Positions 28,507 to 38,789 are shown, counted from the first letter of the stretch. The stretch is 49,081 bases of DNA from Candidatus Heimdallarchaeota archaeon (GCA_019057815.1 JAHLWR010000025.1:1-49081), one strand, 5' to 3'. Program-made: numbers and translations. Notes: generated by a model from the letters alone, not told the origin.

Positions 28507-28740
28507 ATGGCTACAGCATTCATCTTGATAAATAGTGAAATTGGAGAAGAGAAAAGCGTATTAGATCAACTTATGTCCTTACCAAATGTAAAAGAAGCGC
28601 ATGTTGTATATGGTGTTTATGATTTGATAGCTAAAATTGAAGCTGAAACAATGGATCTTCTGAAGAAGATTGTTACGGATAATCTACGAGCACTAGAGAA
28701 CGTACGAAGCACCATGACAATGATTTGTGTAGAGAAATAA
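28507..28740 (+). CDS. Lrp/AsnC ligand-binding (RAM) domain protein
   Basis: AFILIN.E.G.E, EAHVVYGVYDLIAKIE, VRSTMTMI; start ATG 28507. Confidence 0.92.
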   Translation: MATAFILINSEIGEEKSVLDQLMSLPNVKEAHVVYGVYDLIAKIEAETMDLLKKIVTDNLRALENVRSTMTMICVEK

Positions 28741-28882
28741 ATACACATTTCTTTTACATTTGCTTTTCTTTTTTTTGTCTGTGATTTTATTAATGTATTA
28801 GTTGAATTTATCGGAAAATAATAAATCAAGAGAAAAAGTTTTTGGACAAATTTTAAATAAAAGTTGACATTATTTTGCTATC

Positions 28883-29614
28883 ATGATTTATGAATTCATG
28901 TTTATTATTTTAGGTTACTTTATGGGATCAATTCCAGTTGGGCTCATATTAGGATGGATTAAGGGTATTGATATTCGAAAACATGGTTCTGGAAATATAG
29001 GTGCAGCTAATGCTTTTCGTATTTTAGGTAAAAAACTAGGAATAACTACGATGGTTCTTGATATGGTGAAGGGAGCAATAGCCGTTTTGGTTGCTCGGAT
29101 TTATTTGTGGTTTGGAAAATACGATGGTTTTGGAAAATACGATGGTTTTGGAACATCTTCCAGTGATTGGTATTATCTTGATCCAGGTTTTCTCTTGGCT
29201 TGTGTTGCTATCATGGCTGTTTTAGGACATAGTTTTCCTGTTTGGTTAAAGTTTAAAGGCGGTAAATCAGCTAGTGTCGCTGCTGGAGTGATATTCGGTA
29301 TTAATCCAATTGCTTTTGTTATTCTTTATGGTGTTTGGATTCTAGCACTTGTTAAAACTCGTTATACATCTTTATCAAATTTAATTAGTGCACTCACCGC
29401 ACCACCCTTGTATTGGTTTTTCGCAGGTGTGGAGTTCTTCCATAACCGAAGTTGGTGGGCAGCGATTGTTGGTGTTATATTGGTACTTTTTGTTACTTGG
29501 AGACATAAAGAAAATATTAAACGATTGTTTGCAGGAACAGAGAGAAAACTAGGTCAAAAAGAGAAAATTGAGGAGAAAAGTGAAGACACAAAAGAAGTTA
29601 TTGCAACTGAGTAA
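28883..29614 (+). CDS. plsY: glycerol-3-phosphate acyltransferase PlsY
   Basis: GYFMGSIP, DIRKHGSGNIGAAN.FR, DMVKG, GHSFP.WLKFKGGK, RHKENIKRL. Confidence 0.92.
   Translation: MIYEFMFIILGYFMGSIPVGLILGWIKGIDIRKHGSGNIGAANAFRILGKKLGITTMVLDMVKGAIAVLVARIYLWFGKYDGFGKYDGFGTSSSDWYYLDPGFLLACVAIMAVLGHSFPVWLKFKGGKSASVAAGVIFGINPIAFVILYGVWILALVKTRYTSLSNLISALTAPPLYWFFAGVEFFHNRSWWAAIVGVILVLFVTWRHKENIKRLFAGTERKLGQKEKIEEKSEDTKEVIATE
29111..29153. repeat. 18-bp in-frame tandem duplication in plsY (FGKYDG x2)
   Basis: tttggaaaatacgatggt twice, then tttggaa. Confidence 0.9.
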
Positions 29615-30253
29615 TGATCTTTTCTTTTTTATTTTCTAGAAAGATATAAATCTTTCTTCAAATAGATTGATGTGAAACTTCTGGGGAAAAAATTCTACCA
29701 TATATTTTCATCTCATTGGTGATTATTTCTCTAGGGATAGAAAGTATTTGGTTACAAAACTTATACTCAATACCAGAAATGATGTTGTTTTAGAGAGGAT
29801 TCTATTAGCTGGAATTGTAATGAAGGGAGAATTGTTAGAAATTATTTTTGAATTAAACCTCATTGATGAAGAAGAAATCACCATAAAAGAAATTCAGGTT
29901 GAGATTAGTACAGAAGAATATGATTTTACAGGCATATTTGGGATGATGTAACCGTGACGTTGTCAGAAAAAGCCTTTCATAATGTTTCACTTAGTGTTGG
30001 TTTCTTACTAAAAGATAGCTCAAGCTACTATTCTCTGAATAAAGGAGAATGCAACACAGAAAACATATCTCTATTTTTAAAGCAAGAATTCCTAAATTAA
30101 AGTGCATTTGGATTCAAATTTGCTATATATAATCCCAAAACAAAAGAACAATTTTTGATTAGTAGAAAAAAATATTGAGTAAAAGCGAAATCCTTAATTA
30201 TAGAAATGAAAGGTAGAAAGTGAAAAGACTTTGAAGACAATCAAACTAAAACT

Positions 30254-30358
30254 GGCGAGGTAGTCTAGCTTGGTATGATTCTGGGTTTGGGATTTATTTC
30301 ATAAAGAAATAGGCAAAACACTCAGGGATCGAGGGTTCAAATCCCTCCTTCGCCACCA
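30254..30358 (+). tRNA. tRNA-Pro(TGG) with 28-nt intron at 37/38 (30292-30319)
   Basis: BHB UUUG/CAAA with GGA and ACA bulges; GGCGAGG/CTTCGCC acceptor; CCA. Confidence 0.92.
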
Positions 30359-30738
30359 GTATTTTCAATTAATGAAATCTTCTTATTTATGAATTAGACA
30401 CCTTGTTCTTATTTCTAAAATCTTTTTTTACTTTTTTATTCTATTATATTAAGTTTAAATTCAGAACAACTATTAATTTCAACGTTAATAACAGGTTTTT
30501 CATCTGCAGATTGATAAACTTGTCCTTGAATTTGTGGGTATTCTGTGAAATGTACAACTTCATAAACTATTGATTTCCATTAAAAGTAACAATAACCAAC
30601 TGTACACCTCTGTAAAACGTTTTTTCTATCTTACTAGCATTTCAAAAAGCTTTAAGATATGTGTAATCTTCGTTGTTTCATCACTCTCCTATCACATTGA
30701 AAGGCTCTTAAATCTTAAATTCAGTGGGGTTTCAATCA

Positions 30739-31779
30739 ATGCCTATTCTTATTAAATACAAACGTGGGCTTAAAATATGTCGTACAACGGATAATCTAAT
30801 TTTTCTAGCTGATCCCATTTCTGCAAAAGGTGCTCGTGGGTCTCAATCTGTTTTCATTACTCATGCTCATACTGATCATTCTATGGCTTTTCCAAATTCT
30901 GGAACTAAAATCTATTCAAGTAAATTAACAAACGATATTTACCAGGCTCTTACCAGTAAAATCCCTAAAAATGTTCAATTTCTAGACATTAATAAAACTG
31001 AAAAAGTTAAGGGCGTAGATGTTCAACTTCTTCCTGCTGGTCATCTTCTTGGGGCTTCTCAAACCCTTTTCTATTTCGATGAGAAAACGATATTATATAC
31101 TGGCGATATTAGCACAGATAAGATGATTACTGTCCCACAAGCTACTGTTCCAGAGGATGATATTGATACTTTGATTATTGAATCAACATATGGTACTCCC
31201 AATATCTTCTTTGAGCCTAGATCTACCATTAAATTTTCCCTCTTAAAATGGATAATGGACAATCTTCAAAAAAAGCGTGTTCCCGTTATCAATATTGGTT
31301 ATTCTGGTCCAGCTCAAGAAGTAATGGCTTTTCTTAATGAAATGCTTTCAGCTGATATTTATTGTAATGCTAGAGTAAGTGAGGTAAATGAAATTTACAA
31401 ACGGGAAGGCGTTTCCATTAATTGGTACAATTACGATCAATTAAGTGAGGAACCCTTCAGACCAGAAAATAGTATTGTCTTGCTTCCTAGAAGTGCCAAA
31501 AAAACCCCTTCATTTTTAGAAGGGTATAGGCTAGCAAGAGGGATTGTAACTGGACAAGCAGCAAGATTTGCATATTCCAATTTTCAACAATCTTTTCCAT
31601 TTTCGATGCATGCAAACTTTAGAGAACTTCTTGAATTCGTAGAGAGAGTCAATCCAAAGACGGTTTATACAATTTATGGTTATGATTCAGAACTAGCTGC
31701 TGTGATTAGAAACAAATTAAAAATTCCTTCTCGACCACTTAAGGCTATAGGGAAGCCAACACTAGAAGAATATTTCTAA
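30739..31779 (+). CDS. MBL/beta-CASP family exonuclease
   Basis: ITHAHTDH, AGHLLGA, YTGD, IIESTYG, SMHANF; start ATG 30739. Confidence 0.85.
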   Translation: MPILIKYKRGLKICRTTDNLIFLADPISAKGARGSQSVFITHAHTDHSMAFPNSGTKIYSSKLTNDIYQALTSKIPKNVQFLDINKTEKVKGVDVQLLPAGHLLGASQTLFYFDEKTILYTGDISTDKMITVPQATVPEDDIDTLIIESTYGTPNIFFEPRSTIKFSLLKWIMDNLQKKRVPVINIGYSGPAQEVMAFLNEMLSADIYCNARVSEVNEIYKREGVSINWYNYDQLSEEPFRPENSIVLLPRSAKKTPSFLEGYRLARGIVTGQAARFAYSNFQQSFPFSMHANFRELLEFVERVNPKTVYTIYGYDSELAAVIRNKLKIPSRPLKAIGKPTLEEYF

Positions 31780-31837
31780 TTTTTAAAAAATTGAATTGCT
31801 TGTTTTGAAAATAGAAAATTAGAAAATAAGGCAAAAA

Positions 31838-32329
31838 TTAAAGAAGATACTCATCTTCAGTGTCCACTTTTTCTGTAGCTTTTTCAATGACTCTAATTGA
31901 TTCTCCCGATAATGTTACTGGAATCTGAAGATCCATAGCAAGAAGCTCTACTGTTACTTCTTCTTTTCCTATGTTAATATCTATAATTCTTGCTCTTGAT
32001 CCTTTGAATGGTCCGGTAATAACTTCAACAATATCATTGATGTCTACTCCTTCAATAACTGGTCTGGGTATTAGAAAATTCTCTAGTTGATCAATCGGAA
32101 TTTCTTCTGCTCTTGTAGCTCGCGGACGTTTACGGATGTGTCTCACACCTTCAACTAAAAGTTCAACATGGTCTATTGATTCTGCTTCAACAAAAATATA
32201 CCCCTTAAGACCTCCTGGTAATAATATAGAATATATACCTAGATGAGGTCGGTTATCAGCTCTTCGAGCTAGTTGTTCACTCATACTTTGTTCTTGGCCG
32301 ATTGTGGTTCGTAGTGCATAAATTGGCAT
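31838..32329 (-). CDS. spt5: transcription elongation factor Spt5 (NusG)
   Basis: IYALRTTIGQE, KGYIFVEA, KOW VEVITGPFKG. Confidence 0.96.
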   Translation of the reverse strand: MPIYALRTTIGQEQSMSEQLARRADNRPHLGIYSILLPGGLKGYIFVEAESIDHVELLVEGVRHIRKRPRATRAEEIPIDQLENFLIPRPVIEGVDINDIVEVITGPFKGSRARIIDINIGKEEVTVELLAMDLQIPVTLSGESIRVIEKATEKVDTEDEYLL

Positions 32330-32362
32330 GCAATTCACTTCTTTCGGAGTTTTGCTAAATTA

Positions 32363-32554
32363 TTAACTGATTGCACTCATGAGTGTTGAGAATAGCAAAT
32401 GTAGTACAAACCCTACTGCACCAATTATTAAAATACCTATCAGACTCATTTTGGTAGTGATTGATATTTCCTTTCTCGTGGGTCTCTTTGCATGACGAAG
32501 CAAACGCCTACTACTAATAATGAAATTGCGGGTTTTTACTACGAATTTACTCAT
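32363..32554 (-). CDS. secE: protein translocase subunit SecE/Sec61-gamma
   Basis: RRLLRHAKRPTRKE plus TM IGILIIGAVGFVL; upstream of spt5. Confidence 0.92.
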   Translation of the reverse strand: MSKFVVKTRNFIISSRRLLRHAKRPTRKEISITTKMSLIGILIIGAVGFVLHLLFSTLMSAIS

Positions 32555-32619
32555 TGATATACCTCATTCATGAAATTTAATGGCGATTTGTTTGATTACT
32601 TAACAAAGTTTAGGGGAAA

Positions 32620-33117
32620 TCACTCTTCTGCTTTGGCAAGAACATCTTTATACTCACCTTTGTCTATTTCTTTCTGAACTTCTCGAGGATCTTTATCTTC
32701 ACAAGTGACCCCCATACAAACCATAGTTCCTAGAACTTCTTTACAAGCCGCATCTAACGTTGCAGCAGTTAAATCCGACCATTTGGCTTTAGTAGCATTT
32801 ATCAACTGTTCAAATGTTATGTTACCAACTATATTTGTATTGGGTTCTCCAGAAGCTTTGGAAAGTCCAGCTTCTTTTAACACTAGAGCAGAAGCAGGAG
32901 GAATACCAATTTCAAGATCGAAATTACGAGTCTTCTTATTTACTGTAATTTTTACGGGAACTTTCATTCCTGTATATGCTTTAGTTTTATTGTTGATTTC
33001 ATCAACAACTTGTTTAATGTTAACTCCAAGTGGACCTAGTGATGGTCCCATTGCTCCACCTGGAGATGCTTTGCCGCCTTCGACTAGAAGATCAACAGTT
33101 ACTAAATCAGCTGACAT
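32620..33117 (-). CDS. rpl11: 50S ribosomal protein uL11
   Basis: LVEGGKASPG..GPSLGPLGVN, GMKVPVKI, KEVLGT. Confidence 0.96.
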   Translation of the reverse strand: MSADLVTVDLLVEGGKASPGGAMGPSLGPLGVNIKQVVDEINNKTKAYTGMKVPVKITVNKKTRNFDLEIGIPPASALVLKEAGLSKASGEPNTNIVGNITFEQLINATKAKWSDLTAATLDAACKEVLGTMVCMGVTCEDKDPREVQKEIDKGEYKDVLAKAEE

Positions 33118-33478
33118 AGGTTTCCCCTCAATGTAATAAGCTTAAACTCTATTCAGAAGCAAAAGAAACGTTACTTAAAGGTAGCGATGTTTAACAAAAG
33201 CAAAGCATCAGTTTAGTGGCTACAATCGAGCTTAATTTAAATTAATTTAGCTTAATTGGGAAAACGTGTGTTTTATATCACATTTTTACCTTATTGGAAT
33301 TTTTTATTCCTTCTTCCCACTTATAAAAATTACCTAATTATTCAACTTATACTGCCTTTTTATGCGCGTACTGTGTCCTTGCACTATTTTAAAAATAAAA
33401 TATGTTTGACACACTTACAAGAAAACCTTTATAATAAAAAGCAGAACTTTCAATTCGTAGCAGTTTGGAGTATTAACA

Positions 33479-33709
33479 ATGAGTTCTACTAATAAGCCAA
33501 TGGATTTACTTAACCAATCGCGCGAAAAAAGAGTTCTTATTAGATTAAGAGGAAATAGAAGAATGAGAGGAATTCTCAAGAGCTATGATATACATTTGAA
33601 CTTAACATTAACAGATGCCGAAGAAATTGGTGATGAAGGAAGTAATAAACTTGGTGAGGTCATTGTCCGTGGAGACAATGTAATAATGGTAAGTCCTCCA
33701 CCTCAATAA
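33479..33709 (+). CDS. Sm-like (Lsm/SmAP) RNA-binding protein
   Basis: Sm1 RGILKSYDIHLNLTL and Sm2 VIVRGDNV; upstream of rpl37e. Confidence 0.95.
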   Translation: MSSTNKPMDLLNQSREKRVLIRLRGNRRMRGILKSYDIHLNLTLTDAEEIGDEGSNKLGEVIVRGDNVIMVSPPPQ

Positions 33710-33730
33710 TGAATAAGAAGGTTGGATAGT

Positions 33731-33895
33731 ATGACAAAAGGAACCCCCAGTTTTGGGAAACACAATAAAGGGTCACCCCACATAATCTGCAGACGTTGTG
33801 GAAACCGATCTTTTCATCGAAGACATAAACAATGTGCTTCTTGTGGTTTTGGTAAAACATCTACTATTAGAAATTATGCCTGGAACAAAAATTAG
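33731..33895 (+). CDS. rpl37e: 50S ribosomal protein L37e (54 aa)
   Basis: Manual translation [41 protein letters not shown]... Confidence 0.96.
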   Translation: MTKGTPSFGKHNKGSPHIICRRCGNRSFHRRHKQCASCGFGKTSTIRNYAWNKN

Positions 33896-33919
33896 GAAAC
33901 CTCACAATTTCCTTATTTT

Positions 33920-33995
33920 GGGCCGGTAGATCAGCTGGAAGATCGCTTGCTTGGCATGCAAGAGGCCTCGGGTTCAAGTCCCGACCGGTCCACCA
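33920..33995 (+). tRNA. tRNA-Ala(GGC)
   Basis: G3-U70 pair, CTTGC-TTGGCAT-GCAAG, CCA. Confidence 0.96.
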
Positions 33996-34132
33996 CTTCC
34001 CAATTTTGTATCAAATGTTTTCTTTTCTAATTTTGTTGGTTTTCAAAGAAAATATTTTGATAAAATGATGGAAGATTTTACCATTCGCGCACCTTAAATA
34101 GATTTTTATATTATAGTTGAAGTAAGTTTTTT

Positions 34133-35803
34133 ATGGAAAAGTCGTACGATGAGAACCTTGCTCGACTAATGTCAGAAGCTCGTGACCTGTTGAAAAGTGC
34201 GAATTTTACCGAGTCTGCCATGAAATATCTTGAAGCAGCAAAGAATCAAGATGCTGCTAGAGGCATTGAACATGCAAAAGATCTTTATATGGAAGCAATT
34301 AGAGGTTTCATTCACGCATCTGAGGATTATAAAGATAAAAAACAATTCAGAAAGAGTTCTGAAAATCTTTTTTATGTTGCTCAAATTTACAAGCAACTGA
34401 ATGCAAAAGATGATTGGGTAGCGGCTACAAAAGCAATAGTGGAAGATTTAATTAACGCTGCTCAAGAATATTTGCTTTGGAGTGATTACAATAAAGCAGT
34501 AGTACTTATTTCATCAGCGTGTTTTTTCCTCTTTTCAATTGAGGATTTTACAACCGCAGAACAACTCTATTCTCAATATATAAGTCAGATTCAAAATGAT
34601 CCTGGTTTTACGTCAGCTCAACAAATTCTCTATGCAGCAGGACATGCTATTAAAGCGGTAAAAGAAATTGATACTCAAGCTCTTATCAACGCTCAACAAT
34701 TAGTGGGTAATCAACTTAAACCTGGATTAAACCAAATTATGGGGGACCTATTTTTCCCTGCAATAGACAGTGCTGTAGACACAGTGGTGAAAAAATTCCG
34801 CTCAAAAATTAAGTTACCAAAAATTGTTCCTGAGTTAAAAATATCTAAGGATTTAGTTCTAGGCAATCCCACATCTCTAGTAATAACTATTGAAAATGAA
34901 GGTGAAGGGAACGCATTTAATATTCAACTACAACTGAGTTTACCCGAGGAAATTGAACTTTTGGATGGATTGAAAGATTTTATCATTGAAGATTTACCTG
35001 CAAAGCAAAGTGAGGATAATGAACTTCTCATAAGATGTCTTTCAGCTACAGGGGAATCAATTCATGAAATCAGTGCTACTATTATATATTATGATCAATT
35101 ACAAACTAAGCAAACCATGATGATTGGGCCATATGAGTTAATATTCCGCGAGAAAAGCCTTGTAAACGAGCTTGAAAAATCCATAACAGAACTAACAACA
35201 CTGAGTGATGAGTACTATCAAAAACTTGCAAACACTAAACTTCTACCAGAAGAAGTTTGTGAAGAAATTTATTCGATTGTTCCTATAATTCTTAAAAGAT
35301 CAGAAGAAGAGATAAAATCTGAAAATTTCGACGTTGTACAGACAAACATTGAAATTATCAAAAATATTCACCAAATTGCAGATAGCTTAACGAAAGAAGA
35401 GTTCGTTAATTCTATAAAAGAAACTCAAAACCAGAAGATTGAGGAAAAAGTCAGAGATGCAATGATAACTTTAAAAGAAGAATTGGAACAATCATATGAA
35501 GAACGTTCTGAACAAATGAAACAAGAGTTACTACTCCAAAAAGAAACTGAAATTGCGAATATACAAGAACAACTGCGTAAACAGAAAGATGCAGAATTAG
35601 AAGAATTAATGGCTAAGCTCAATGAAGAACACACAAAGGAGTTAGAAGAGGCTAGGCAAGAAATAAGAACAGAAATGGCAAAGGAGTTAGAAGAATATAA
35701 TCAAAGATTCGACATTGAAAAGAAACAAGCCCTAGAAGAACAAGAAGCTCTATTACGTGATGAATTCCAAAAACAACTCTCTGATGCACAAAATCACAAA
35801 TGA
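34133..35803 (+). CDS. alpha-solenoid, Ig-like and coiled-coil protein
   Basis: Helical repeats at N-terminus, beta-sandwich segment LVITIENEGEGNAFNIQL...ISATIIYYD, E/K/Q-rich coiled-coil tail. Confidence 0.75.
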   Translation: MEKSYDENLARLMSEARDLLKSANFTESAMKYLEAAKNQDAARGIEHAKDLYMEAIRGFIHASEDYKDKKQFRKSSENLFYVAQIYKQLNAKDDWVAATKAIVEDLINAAQEYLLWSDYNKAVVLISSACFFLFSIEDFTTAEQLYSQYISQIQNDPGFTSAQQILYAAGHAIKAVKEIDTQALINAQQLVGNQLKPGLNQIMGDLFFPAIDSAVDTVVKKFRSKIKLPKIVPELKISKDLVLGNPTSLVITIENEGEGNAFNIQLQLSLPEEIELLDGLKDFIIEDLPAKQSEDNELLIRCLSATGESIHEISATIIYYDQLQTKQTMMIGPYELIFREKSLVNELEKSITELTTLSDEYYQKLANTKLLPEEVCEEIYSIVPIILKRSEEEIKSENFDVVQTNIEIIKNIHQIADSLTKEEFVNSIKETQNQKIEEKVRDAMITLKEELEQSYEERSEQMKQELLLQKETEIANIQEQLRKQKDAELEELMAKLNEEHTKELEEARQEIRTEMAKELEEYNQRFDIEKKQALEEQEALLRDEFQKQLSDAQNHK

Positions 35804-35818
35804 TGTTGTACAATACTT

Positions 35819-36238
35819 CTAGTCTATACCCATTCTTTTTTTTATTACTATTTCTTTTTTAATTGTGTTTATTTGAACTATATCACCTGTTTTTATTTCA
35901 CTAAAGATGTCGCTCTCTGGTTTGTCTACTAAAGGAATGTCTGCTAGAATCGCTCCTGTAATAACTATTGCTTCTGCAGTGTTGACTATTAAACCAAGGG
36001 GAGCAACACCATTTACTTGTAAACCATATATTATGTAGGAACCAACTGTAGATCCTTTGCTTTCGGGAAACATAAAAATCTTATTAGCAATGCTTTTTCC
36101 ATATAGTGGATTTGATTTATCTAGAATTTTTCCTGTTTCAGGATCAACATCGCCATAAAATGAAATAGGAAGTAGTGAAACAATGGCTTGTCCTTCTTTT
36201 TTTCCTTCAACAATTGGTCTAATAGTAATTGACTTCAT
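35819..36238 (-). CDS. aconitase X small (swiveling, DUF126) subunit; probable phosphomevalonate dehydratase small subunit
   Basis: ISFYGDVDPETG, KGSTVGSY, GAILADIP. Confidence 0.9.
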   Translation of the reverse strand: MKSITIRPIVEGKKEGQAIVSLLPISFYGDVDPETGKILDKSNPLYGKSIANKIFMFPESKGSTVGSYIIYGLQVNGVAPLGLIVNTAEAIVITGAILADIPLVDKPESDIFSEIKTGDIVQINTIKKEIVIKKRMGID

Positions 36239-37434
36239 TCTGTCACGCTCCTTAGAATGTGATTAAGTGATTTGAACGTTACTTTAGTCTGTTTGCTATT
36301 AGAGAGATATTTTGATGCTTTTGCTGAGTTGGTGAGAATATGTTTATACTTTGTTCTAATTATTGGCGACACTACCATACATGTGTCTGTGAAAATTTCA
36401 ACTCCTTTCCTTTCGAGAAAACGTTGAATAGATTGAAATTTTTTGCTATGAGACACCTTTTGTGCAGTAAAAACCCAAAATTTTACATTTTTCTTTAAAA
36501 TCTTATCTTCAAAGAAATTATGAATAATAAGCAATTCTACTAAACTTGCATGAGGACATCCTATTGCAACTAAGTCAAAATCAGTTTCTTTTTGAGCGAA
36601 AAAATCATATACACTTTGCTTTTCAGATTCAGAAAATATGATTCTTTCTTTAATATTATTCAAACTAGTAATATCACTCTCTGGAGTCAAGTTCTTTACA
36701 TGAAATAATGTCACACTTCCAGATGCTGCCATTGCTGACGAAAGCATTTTTGCTTCATTAACGGATAATTGGGGTAACCCGGTAATAAAAGGTGTTTCAC
36801 CGTGAAAGTTTTTACCATACCAGTATCCTAAAGCAGAGAAATCTGATAAACTGTTAAGATTTGTTTCAACATTCACCTTTATTGTAGGTTGTCTTTTTTC
36901 AGTTAAATGAAAATCATACTCAGATGTAAAACCTGTTAGAGCAGCAGCTAGTGATGAAGGACCGCCTTCTCTATTTGTTCTAGCACCAAAAAAACTATTT
37001 GCCATCACTACAGCTGATGATTCACTCCAAGCTAGATGTTCACCATAATTTGGTTGATTGCCAATCAAATATGGAGTGCAAGTCAGTGTTGTTTCTATTC
37101 CCATTTCTTTGTATTTCTCAATTATCTGAAATTGTTTTTCAGCAAACTTCTTACTGATTCCCATTTTCTCCCAATTTTCTCTATCCATTCCTGCAGGGTT
37201 CAACCAACTTGGAACTTTGACTTTCACTTTCTCTTTCGAAAATAGATTAAAAAATGAGAATATAGCTTCACCTACTGTAAAATAGGAAACACCTGCAATT
37301 TGAGCACTTTTTATTGGTATAAGCTTTTCTGCTTCATTGATTTCTCCAATTTTTACGATAAGTTTCATATTTATTGCGATAACCTCTCCCATTTCACCTT
37401 CTAACATCTTTTCTTGGTTTTTTGTTAGAAACAT
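36235..37434 (-). CDS. aconitase X large (DUF521) subunit; probable phosphomevalonate dehydratase large subunit
   Basis: GVSY, TCTPY, AWSESSA, GARTNREG, GCPH, DTCMVVSP, TNSAKA. Confidence 0.92.
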   Translation of the reverse strand: MFLTKNQEKMLEGEMGEVIAINMKLIVKIGEINEAEKLIPIKSAQIAGVSYFTVGEAIFSFFNLFSKEKVKVKVPSWLNPAGMDRENWEKMGISKKFAEKQFQIIEKYKEMGIETTLTCTPYLIGNQPNYGEHLAWSESSAVVMANSFFGARTNREGGPSSLAAALTGFTSEYDFHLTEKRQPTIKVNVETNLNSLSDFSALGYWYGKNFHGETPFITGLPQLSVNEAKMLSSAMAASGSVTLFHVKNLTPESDITSLNNIKERIIFSESEKQSVYDFFAQKETDFDLVAIGCPHASLVELLIIHNFFEDKILKKNVKFWVFTAQKVSHSKKFQSIQRFLERKGVEIFTDTCMVVSPIIRTKYKHILTNSAKASKYLSNSKQTKVTFKSLNHILRSVTE

Positions 37435-37456
37435 TTATGTCACAATTTCCACGATT

Positions 37457-38089
37457 TCAATTATTGTTTGAATACGTACAACTAGTTTTTATGGGGCATT
37501 TTACGCATTTTGGATTGTTCTTTAAGCAGATATTTTTTGCGTGTTGAACAATCAATGCATGGTATTCGTTAAATATCTGAGTTTTATTTTGTAAATTTCT
37601 AATAAGTAGTCTTTGGAGCTCATCATAGTTATTATATTCGTAAATTCCTAGTCTTTTAAATATACGGAAAGCGTAAGAGTCGACAACAAAAACTGGCTTA
37701 TTAAACCAATAGAGAAGAATAGAATCAGCTGTTTCTGGACCAATTCCATTTACTTCAAGAAGTTCATCACGAGAGGGACGTGGATTTATATCTAATAAAT
37801 TCATTAAATTTTTCAACCTTTTTGCTTTAGCATTAAAATATCCCGTTGAACGAATAAGTTTCCCCAAATCCTCTAACGAGATACTTCTCAAACAATCTAT
37901 GGATAAACAATTTGCATGTTTAAGTTTTTCAAGAGCTTTCTCTACATTATTCCAACTTGTTTGTTGAGCTAGAACCGCACCAACAGCGATTTCTAAACCT
38001 TCTCCTGGCCACCAATTTTGTTTTCCGTAAAAATCAGATAGTTTTTTATATATGCTATTAATCCTCTCTTTCATATTATAAAGCTCCAC
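37457..38089 (-). CDS. endonuclease III-related HhH-GPD DNA glycosylase with 4Fe-4S motif
   Basis: WWP, GAVLAQQTSW.NVE, GIGPETAD, VVD, C-x6-C-x2-C-x5-C. Confidence 0.9.
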   Translation of the reverse strand: MELYNMKERINSIYKKLSDFYGKQNWWPGEGLEIAVGAVLAQQTSWNNVEKALEKLKHANCLSIDCLRSISLEDLGKLIRSTGYFNAKAKRLKNLMNLLDINPRPSRDELLEVNGIGPETADSILLYWFNKPVFVVDSYAFRIFKRLGIYEYNNYDELQRLLIRNLQNKTQIFNEYHALIVQHAKNICLKNNPKCVKCPIKTSCTYSNNN

Positions 38090-38179
38090 GAAAGCTCGAA
38101 TAACTACATTCTATTAAGTTTTTGTTTTTAAATCTTAAAACTTAAATCGTCAGACGCATTTCAATAACTAGGGATAGTA

Positions 38180-38773
38180 TTGAGTGCAAAAGATACGATG
38201 GAAGAATTCATGACAGTTGATTGTCCAGCTTGTAATAGTAATAATACAAAAGTGACGCAGAAAATAATGGATATCCCCCATTTCCCTAACATTTGGTTGT
38301 TCGTGTTGGTTTGCCGTGAGTGTAAATATAAATATACTGATTTCATAAATCTAAACGTCAAGGAACCCACACGTTATGTCTATCATGCAAAAAATTCTGA
38401 TGATTATACGACAAAAATTATTCGAGCTTCAAATGGTACTATACGTTTTCCTCAAATTGGTGCAATGATTGAACCTGGCCCTAATGCTGTGAGTTTTATA
38501 AATAATATAGAAGGAGTTCTTAGAGATATTCAAGGAAAAGCACGTTTTTTATTAAGGGATGCAGTAACTGAAGAAGAAAAGCAGAGAATATTAAACTTTG
38601 ATAGTATGATTGATGAATACATCCTTAAAGGTCTACCAATTGATGTAATTGTAGAAGATCCTTTTGGTAATTCTACAATTGTACCTTTTGATTCAAATAA
38701 GCTTGAAACCGAAAAATTATCTCCTGAAGAATCTGAAAAACTTAAAACTAGCTTTAGTGAATTTCAAGTATAA
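38180..38773 (+). CDS. ZPR1-related zinc finger protein
   Basis: CPAC...IPHF...CRECKY, IEPGP, NIEGVL, EDPFGNS. Confidence 0.92.
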   Translation: MSAKDTMEEFMTVDCPACNSNNTKVTQKIMDIPHFPNIWLFVLVCRECKYKYTDFINLNVKEPTRYVYHAKNSDDYTTKIIRASNGTIRFPQIGAMIEPGPNAVSFINNIEGVLRDIQGKARFLLRDAVTEEEKQRILNFDSMIDEYILKGLPIDVIVEDPFGNSTIVPFDSNKLETEKLSPEESEKLKTSFSEFQV

Positions 38774-38789
38774 AGGAGGACTGAGAACT

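Noticed and set aside
33232-33245. Palindrome ttaatttaaattaa between rpl11 and the Sm gene
   Set aside because: A/T only; expected by chance in this composition
38664-38789. N-terminal extension of EndoQ overlapping ZPR1
   Set aside because: The PHP motif begins just after TTG 38790, which has an AGGAGG ribosome-binding site
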